53,834 bases of DNA from a virus (lineage: Duplodnaviria > Caudoviricetes): positions 1 to 53,834 of IMG/VR virus record IMGVR_UViG_3300030104_001062; one strand, given 5' to 3'. Within the stretch, counting starts at the first letter, position 1; every line of letters starts with the position of its first letter. Below are positions 48,879 through 53,834 of the stretch, piece by piece. The notes beneath the pieces were generated by a model. That model saw only the letters and a program-made list of their open reading frames with translations. It was not told the origin of the DNA and made no database searches. A program made the position numbers and the translations under genes.

Positions 48879-48893
48879 GGGGAGGATTAACTT

Positions 48894-49370
48894 ATGGCTA
48901 CATATAATAACACCTTAACTGGTGGTGGCACTACAGGTCACATAGCTGACGCTGCTAAAGCTTACGTTAGAACTTCTAAAGTTTGGGATACTGCTGATGG
49001 TGGTACAGGTGGAGATGTTGTTCAAATGATGGACATCCCTGCTGACACTATGATTATCGGTGGATGCCTTGAAGTTCTTGAAGCTAGAGGTAACGGACAG
49101 ATAACTTTGGATCTAGGATATACTGGTGGAGATGTTGATACATTTATTGATGGATCAGCATGTGCTGCTGGATTTTCACCTTTCCTAAACGCTGCAGTTG
49201 GAGCATCTGGGTCAAACCCAAAGATGTTGACTTCTGCAGATACTATTGATGCACTCATCCTTGATGGTGGATCAACTGGGGAAAGTGCATTACGTTTCCG
49301 TATTCACGTTGTAATGTGTGACGTTTCCAAAAACCCAGTAGAATCTGCTACAGTTTCAACTGGTACATAA
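48894..49370 (+). CDS. Putative minor capsid/decoration protein
   Basis: GGAGG RBS; follows MCP; GDVVQ..IPA..ADTID beta-rich pattern. Confidence 0.65.
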   Translation: MATYNNTLTGGGTTGHIADAAKAYVRTSKVWDTADGGTGGDVVQMMDIPADTMIIGGCLEVLEARGNGQITLDLGYTGGDVDTFIDGSACAAGFSPFLNAAVGASGSNPKMLTSADTIDALILDGGSTGESALRFRIHVVMCDVSKNPVESATVSTGT

Positions 49371-49381
49371 TAACTTTTTAT

Positions 49382-49414
49382 GAGGGGGCAGGGTAACTTG
49401 CCCCTTCTAACTTT
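49382..49414 (+). terminator. Hairpin after the capsid genes
   Basis: GGGGCAG..TTGCCCC stem with a weak U tail. Confidence 0.55.
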
Positions 49415-49428
49415 AACAAGGAAGTTAA

Positions 49429-50058
49429 ATGTTACTTCAATTATTAACTCCAGAAGAGGTAGACTTCTGTGTCAAAAATAGCTGCCAAATGGAAGATGGC
49501 TCAAAATCTAAGCCACTCACAGGATCAAAGAATAACAAAGAATCAACAAACATGCCTGATAAGGTACGTGAGTTAATAACACAAAGGATATATAATAATC
49601 CGTTTGTTGATGCAGTAATAAACCCTACAAAAGTATCGGTAAATTTTTATAACCAATATAATGAAGGGGGACATTATGATAAACATATAGATAACTTCAA
49701 AGCTGAACCTAAAATAAATAATACATATTTTGACTATGGGTTTTCTATATGCTTAAATAGTGATTACGATGGTGGAGAATTTATTGTTGATAATGAAATA
49801 GGTCAGATACCCTATAAGTTACAAGCAGGACAAGTTCTTTTCTTTCCTATAATATACGCTCACACAGTTGCACCAATTAAAAAGGGAGTGCGAAAAGCAG
49901 TTATAGGTTGGATGTCTACTAACGTAACATACGAACAAACTTATATATTGCGTAACATATATGATGTTAATATGCATTTTGTAAAAGAAAATAATAATGA
50001 AATGGCTGTAAAGTCTACTTTAACACAAAACTATTTAAAAAAGTTATGGGGAAAATAA
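49429..50058 (+). CDS. PKHD-type (YbiX/PiuC-like) 2OG-Fe(II) dioxygenase
   Basis: HID, YDGGEF, HTVAP, RKAVIGW. Confidence 0.85.
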   Translation: MLLQLLTPEEVDFCVKNSCQMEDGSKSKPLTGSKNNKESTNMPDKVRELITQRIYNNPFVDAVINPTKVSVNFYNQYNEGGHYDKHIDNFKAEPKINNTYFDYGFSICLNSDYDGGEFIVDNEIGQIPYKLQAGQVLFFPIIYAHTVAPIKKGVRKAVIGWMSTNVTYEQTYILRNIYDVNMHFVKENNNEMAVKSTLTQNYLKKLWGK

Positions 50059-50064
50059 CTTAAA

Positions 50065-50244
50065 TTGATCTGGGTTTTAATAGTATTTTTAATAGGAACA
50101 GATGTAAAAGAAGAAATATATTTTCAAGACTTAGATACTTGTTTAGAATATTCTAATAAAGTACAAAATCAAAACAACCATCAAAGAGTTGCAGGGGATG
50201 AAATATATATTAAAACTTATTGCGTTCCTAAAAAAACAGATTAA
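50065..50244 (+). CDS. Small two-Cys exported-type protein, absent from the ORF track
   Basis: TTG start; IWVLIVFLIG..FQDLDTC..TYCVP. Confidence 0.55.
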   Translation: MIWVLIVFLIGTDVKEEIYFQDLDTCLEYSNKVQNQNNHQRVAGDEIYIKTYCVPKKTD

Positions 50245-50286
50245 AAAAGAAGAAGATAAAGTTCCAAAATATTTAAAGGGAAAATA

Positions 50287-50577
50287 ATGGCATCTAAAAA
50301 AGGCGACATGAAGGGTCACACCATTGGTGGAGGACACAAGCGACCTACTAAAGCAGGTGCTGGAATGACTAAAAAAGGTGTTGCAAAATACCGAAGAGAT
50401 AACCCCGGAAGTAAACTTAAAACAGCCGTTACAGGCAAAGTTAAAAAGGGAAGTAAGGATGCAAAGCGTAGGAAATCATATTGTGCTAGATCTGCAGGAC
50501 AAATGAAAAAGTTTCCTAAAGCTGCGAAAAACCCTAACAGCAGATTAAGACAAGCACGAAGGAGATGGAAGTGTTAA
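50287..50577 (+). CDS. Small highly basic protein (KRRKSYCARS)
   Basis: NPGSKLKTAV..RKSYCARS..NPNSRLRQARRRWKC. Confidence 0.8.
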   Translation: MASKKGDMKGHTIGGGHKRPTKAGAGMTKKGVAKYRRDNPGSKLKTAVTGKVKKGSKDAKRRKSYCARSAGQMKKFPKAAKNPNSRLRQARRRWKC

Positions 50578-50828
50578 AAAAAGTACCAGCTAAAAATAAA
50601 GGTTTATCAAAATTACCAACACCAGTTAGAAATAAAATGGGATTTAAAAAAAAGGGGGGCGAAGTTGCACCTAAAAAAATGAAGGGTGGAGGTTTGTATG
50701 CCAATATTCACGCTAAGAAAAAAAGAATTGCAGCAGGAAGTGGTGAAAAAATGAGAAAGCCCGGAAGTAAGGGTGCTCCTACTGCCGCAAACTTTAAAAG
50801 AGCGGCTAAAACTGCTAAGAAAAAATAA
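50565..50828 (+). CDS. Small highly basic protein (GLYANIHAKKKRI)
   Basis: Lys-rich; GG motifs. Confidence 0.75.
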   Translation: MEVLKKVPAKNKGLSKLPTPVRNKMGFKKKGGEVAPKKMKGGGLYANIHAKKKRIAAGSGEKMRKPGSKGAPTAANFKRAAKTAKKK

Positions 50829-51037
50829 TGTGGATTCCAGTAATAACAATACTATGGGCATTAGGTGATAATGCTACATGGGTAAACTTTCCAATGGTCA
50901 ATTTTCCATTTACTTCATCTGATAATTGTTACGAGTATGTAGCAAAAGTAAGATCTAGTATAACACAAGATCCTCAATATTTAAATGGATATAGCACCTG
51001 TGTATACATAGGCGAACCAAAAGGAGAAAATACATAG
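50828..51037 (+). CDS. Small two-Cys exported-type protein
   Basis: Hydrophobic N-terminus; FTSSDNC..STCV. Confidence 0.6.
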   Translation: MWIPVITILWALGDNATWVNFPMVNFPFTSSDNCYEYVAKVRSSITQDPQYLNGYSTCVYIGEPKGENT

Positions 51038-51420
51038 TGTTTCAAGCATTGATAGGACCTATATCTGAACTTGCAGGATCGTTTATGCAAGGACAAATTA
51101 ATAAACAAAAAGCAAAAGCTACATTAGCACAAACTAAAGCTGAAGCAGAAGCAGAGATAATGAAAACTGCGGCCACACATGATTCAAAGTGGGAAATCAT
51201 TATGGCACAAGGCACTCAAAACAGTTTTAAAGATGAACTGGTTACAATCGTTATACTGATTCCAACAATTTTAGTATTTATTCCCGGAATGGAAGATGTG
51301 GTTAAGAATGGCTTTGCTAGACTTAACGAGTTGCCAGAGTGGTATACTTACTTGTTGTTTTTAACAGTCTCTGCTGCGTTAGGCATAAGAGGACTAGATA
51401 AATTTAAAGGTAAAAAATGA
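51037..51420 (+). CDS. Putative holin (GTA 3TM-holin-like)
   Basis: SFKDELVT, LPEWY, LGIRG; TM segments; near the endolysin. Confidence 0.65.
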   Translation: MFQALIGPISELAGSFMQGQINKQKAKATLAQTKAEAEAEIMKTAATHDSKWEIIMAQGTQNSFKDELVTIVILIPTILVFIPGMEDVVKNGFARLNELPEWYTYLLFLTVSAALGIRGLDKFKGKK

Positions 51421-51566
51421 GTTTAACTAAAAACCAAAAAACTATTATGAAGAAACATAGTAAGCACCATACAAAAAAACACATGAAAGAAATGACTAAA
51501 AGTATGAAAAAGGGTAAAACTTTTACACAGGCACATAAAAAAGCCATGAAGAAAGTTGGAAAATAG
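51417..51566 (+). CDS. 49-aa Lys/His/Met-rich basic protein, absent from the ORF track
   Basis: MSLTKNQKTIMKKHSKHHTKKHMKEM..FTQAHKKAMKKVGK; coupled on both sides. Confidence 0.75.
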   Translation: MSLTKNQKTIMKKHSKHHTKKHMKEMTKSMKKGKTFTQAHKKAMKKVGK

Positions 51567-51817
51567 TGGCATGTAAGTGTGGAAAAGAGACATGTGAGTG
51601 TTCACAGGATTTAATCCCTGATAAAGTAGCATATCAAACAAACAAACGGAGAATGGCTTGGGTTTTAATTATACTTATGGGTATTACAACTATACTGACT
51701 TTAGCTTTCCCAGACAGGCTATCAGAAGCAGAGAGTATCCTCATGACACAATATATAAGTATGTGTGGCTTAGTAGGGGCATATTTTGGTTTTAGTGCAA
51801 TAAGTGGAAGAAAATAA
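51566..51817 (+). CDS. Two-TM membrane protein (holin-like)
   Basis: RRMAW TM1; TM2 ending GLVGAYFG. Confidence 0.65.
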   Translation: MACKCGKETCECSQDLIPDKVAYQTNKRRMAWVLIILMGITTILTLAFPDRLSEAESILMTQYISMCGLVGAYFGFSAISGRK

Positions 51818-51823
51818 TGAACT

Positions 51824-52072
51824 ATGGAAGGCATATTACAATATTGGGAACAACTAATATTTTTTCTAGGTGCTTTAGTTGTAGCTGTTAAGTTACACAC
51901 TGAAGTAACTACATTAAGAAAAGATGTTGATAAATTAGAAGAAGATTGTAAAAGTGCTAATGAAAAAATACAAACTAATTTTGTAAGTTCTGTAAGAACT
52001 GAAAGTGCTGTAAAAGAAACAGAAAAAAAGATAGAGTCTTTATTTATATTACATAATAAAAAGGAACAATAG
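51824..52072 (+). CDS. TM + coiled-coil protein
   Basis: Sequence pattern; lysis-region context. Confidence 0.6.
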   Translation: MEGILQYWEQLIFFLGALVVAVKLHTEVTTLRKDVDKLEEDCKSANEKIQTNFVSSVRTESAVKETEKKIESLFILHNKKEQ

Positions 52073-52530
52073 TGGAAACAATAATAGATAGATTACGTGT
52101 AGAATTAGAACAAGATGAGGGTTGCAAATATCACATATATTTAGATCACTTAGGTTTACCTACGGCAGGTATTGGACATTTGCTTAAAGGCACAGATCCA
52201 GAATACAATAAATCTGTAGGCACAGTTATAAGTAAAGAACGAGTGGATGAGTGGTTTGAACAAGACATACAAACTACACTTAATGATTGCAAAAAAGTAT
52301 TTGATGATTGGGATTCCATGAATGAGGAAGTAAGACTAATATGTTGCAATATGATGTTTAATCTAGGCTACCCAAGATTTTGCAAATTTAAGCTTATGAT
52401 ACAGGCTATAAAAGATGGTGATTACATCGAAGCAGCGAATCAAATGAAAGATTCAAGATGGTACAAACAAGTAACAAACAGGGCAGACAGACTAATAAGC
52501 CGAATGAAAGCTGTACCTTTACAAAAATAG
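52072..52530 (+). CDS. Endolysin, GH24 T4-type lysozyme
   Basis: DEG..YLDHLGLPTAGIGH (E/D/T triad), NMMFNLG, DSRWYKQV..RA. Confidence 0.9.
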   Translation: METIIDRLRVELEQDEGCKYHIYLDHLGLPTAGIGHLLKGTDPEYNKSVGTVISKERVDEWFEQDIQTTLNDCKKVFDDWDSMNEEVRLICCNMMFNLGYPRFCKFKLMIQAIKDGDYIEAANQMKDSRWYKQVTNRADRLISRMKAVPLQK

Positions 52531-52620
52531 AACTTATTAAACAAAAAGATAGGGAGAGACACAAACTAATATTGTCTCAATATTTTAAACCAAGAGACAA
52601 AAAATTTAAAGGGTATACAC

Positions 52621-53100
52621 ATGATTGATCCGATCACGTTGTCCGCTGCTGTTAGTGGAGCAACGGCCGCCTATAACGGCATAAAAAAAGCCATTATGAT
52701 GGGTAAAGAAATTGAAGATTTAGGATCACAGTTATCTACATGGATGTCTGCTGTAAGCGATGTAGATAACATTCACAAAAATGCAAATAGCCCTTCAACG
52801 TTTGATAGACTATTTAACGGCTCAATTGAACAAGTTGCAATGGAGTCTTTCGCAAGTAAGAAGAAACTTGCAAAACAAAGAGAAGAACTTAAAAATTTCT
52901 TGGTGGCACACTACGGAACACAAGCATGGGATGATTTACTACGTGAAGAAGGTCGTATAAGACGTGTTAGAAAAGAAATTGTATATGCTAGAGAAGAAAA
53001 AAACAGACAAATAAGAGACTACACAATTATGGGTATAGCTTCTTTAGTTGGTTTTAGTGCTTTAGGGTGGATGCTCTGGATCGTAAGTCGTTCTATCTAG
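52621..53100 (+). CDS. Membrane-associated conserved phage protein
   Basis: MIDPITL..IKKAI..GKEIED; C-terminal TM. Confidence 0.7.
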   Translation: MIDPITLSAAVSGATAAYNGIKKAIMMGKEIEDLGSQLSTWMSAVSDVDNIHKNANSPSTFDRLFNGSIEQVAMESFASKKKLAKQREELKNFLVAHYGTQAWDDLLREEGRIRRVRKEIVYAREEKNRQIRDYTIMGIASLVGFSALGWMLWIVSRSI

Positions 53101-53369
53101 CTTTACTAACAATGCTTGTTGTTATGTACTTATTTGTGGGTATAGTTAGTGCAAAAAAAATAACAACTTGTAGATTAGCAAGTCAAATATTAGGGAATAA
53201 TCAACGTGTATGTGTATATAGTGGAGCAAATAACACTCAGTACAGAGAGTATATTCCGTATGATGCTGGAGAGTGTCCAAGAGAGTATCAATGCCCTTAC
53301 CGACCAAATGAAAAACCCTTTGATATAAAGAGTGTTGTACGCAGCATAAAAGAACAGTTTACAAAATAG
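53067..53369 (+). CDS. Exported Cys-containing protein
   Basis: Signal-like TM; CRL..CVY..CPREYQC. Confidence 0.6.
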   Translation: MDALDRKSFYLALLTMLVVMYLFVGIVSAKKITTCRLASQILGNNQRVCVYSGANNTQYREYIPYDAGECPREYQCPYRPNEKPFDIKSVVRSIKEQFTK

Positions 53370-53512
53370 GTAATTATATGTATACTAAAATATGGAACAG
53401 TTTTGTAAAGATGCTCAAGAATTTGCTATAAAGAAAGCAAAAGATGAACAGCAAAAAGTTGAAATTAAAAAAAGTTTTAAAGATATATTTAAAACATTAG
53501 AAAAATTAAAAC

Positions 53513-53834
53513 ATGACAGAAAAATCAAAACGACTTAGGAATGTTTTTGTAGCTCTAGGAGATACACTCTTAACGTCTGTTTATACTTGTCCTAGTAATT
53601 TTATTGGTGTTATAAAAGAAGTTATAGTCTGTAACGTAGATGGATCAGCAAGTGCTGACATTACTTTGCAAATTACAGATAGTTCTGCAAGTGCTACTTT
53701 TAGTTTGGCTTCAACTAAAGCTGTAGCACAAGATACGTTTTTACGATTTGAACAAGCAAACATAATTCTTGAATCAGGAGATATTTTTAAAGCACAGGCA
53801 AGTGCTGGAAATGATTTACATGTTTCACTATTTA
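53513..53834 (+). CDS. Origin-spanning putative virion protein, ~116 aa (continues in frame to TAA at 127-129)
   Basis: ATG 53513 MTEKSKRLRNV..YTCPSNF..IILESGDIFKAQAS..YDPSR*; reads in frame through the terminal overlap. Confidence 0.75.
   Translation, partial: MTEKSKRLRNVFVALGDTLLTSVYTCPSNFIGVIKEVIVCNVDGSASADITLQITDSSASATFSLASTKAVAQDTFLRFEQANIILESGDIFKAQASAGNDLHVSLF
53735..53834. repeat. Terminal direct repeat, right copy
   Basis: Matches 1-100. Confidence 0.95.

Noticed and set aside
48840-48900. T7 10B-like capsid frameshift or readthrough
   Set aside because: The downstream gene has its own strong GGAGG RBS and there is no convincing slippery site
53392-53538. 48-aa ORF MEQFCKDAQEF..
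   Set aside because: Plausible gap filler but no RBS or motif support

Overview
This is an apparently complete, circularly assembled, AT-rich marine podovirus genome of about 53.7 kb; bases 1-100 repeat at 53735-53834 with one synonymous mismatch. It is HMO-2011-like, based on the DnaJ-type Zn-finger insert in PolA, class II RNR, T7-like endonuclease, and the portal/scaffold/capsid/tail-tube/internal-protein set. The host is probably an alphaproteobacterium (inference). There are three transcription blocks. (1) A plus-strand virion and lysis arm from terS (38278) across the origin to 20902. (2) A minus-strand replication arm (31359 to 21013). (3) A plus-strand early arm (31489-37632) with sigma70 promoters. 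The top candidate system is a C5-methyltransferase with three tandem target-recognition-like modules, matched by a genome-wide pattern: I saw no CCWGG, GGCC only inside GCNGC or GGNCC, and CCGG only inside CCSGG. Other highlights are a tyrosine-recombinase-fold protein with virion-protein-like features between terL and portal, a ~70-nt RNA bounded by a consensus promoter and terminator, strand-polar TGTCA enrichment, a split DNA polymerase, and non-canonical or leaderless starts. All counts are by eye and family calls come from recognised motifs, not database searches.
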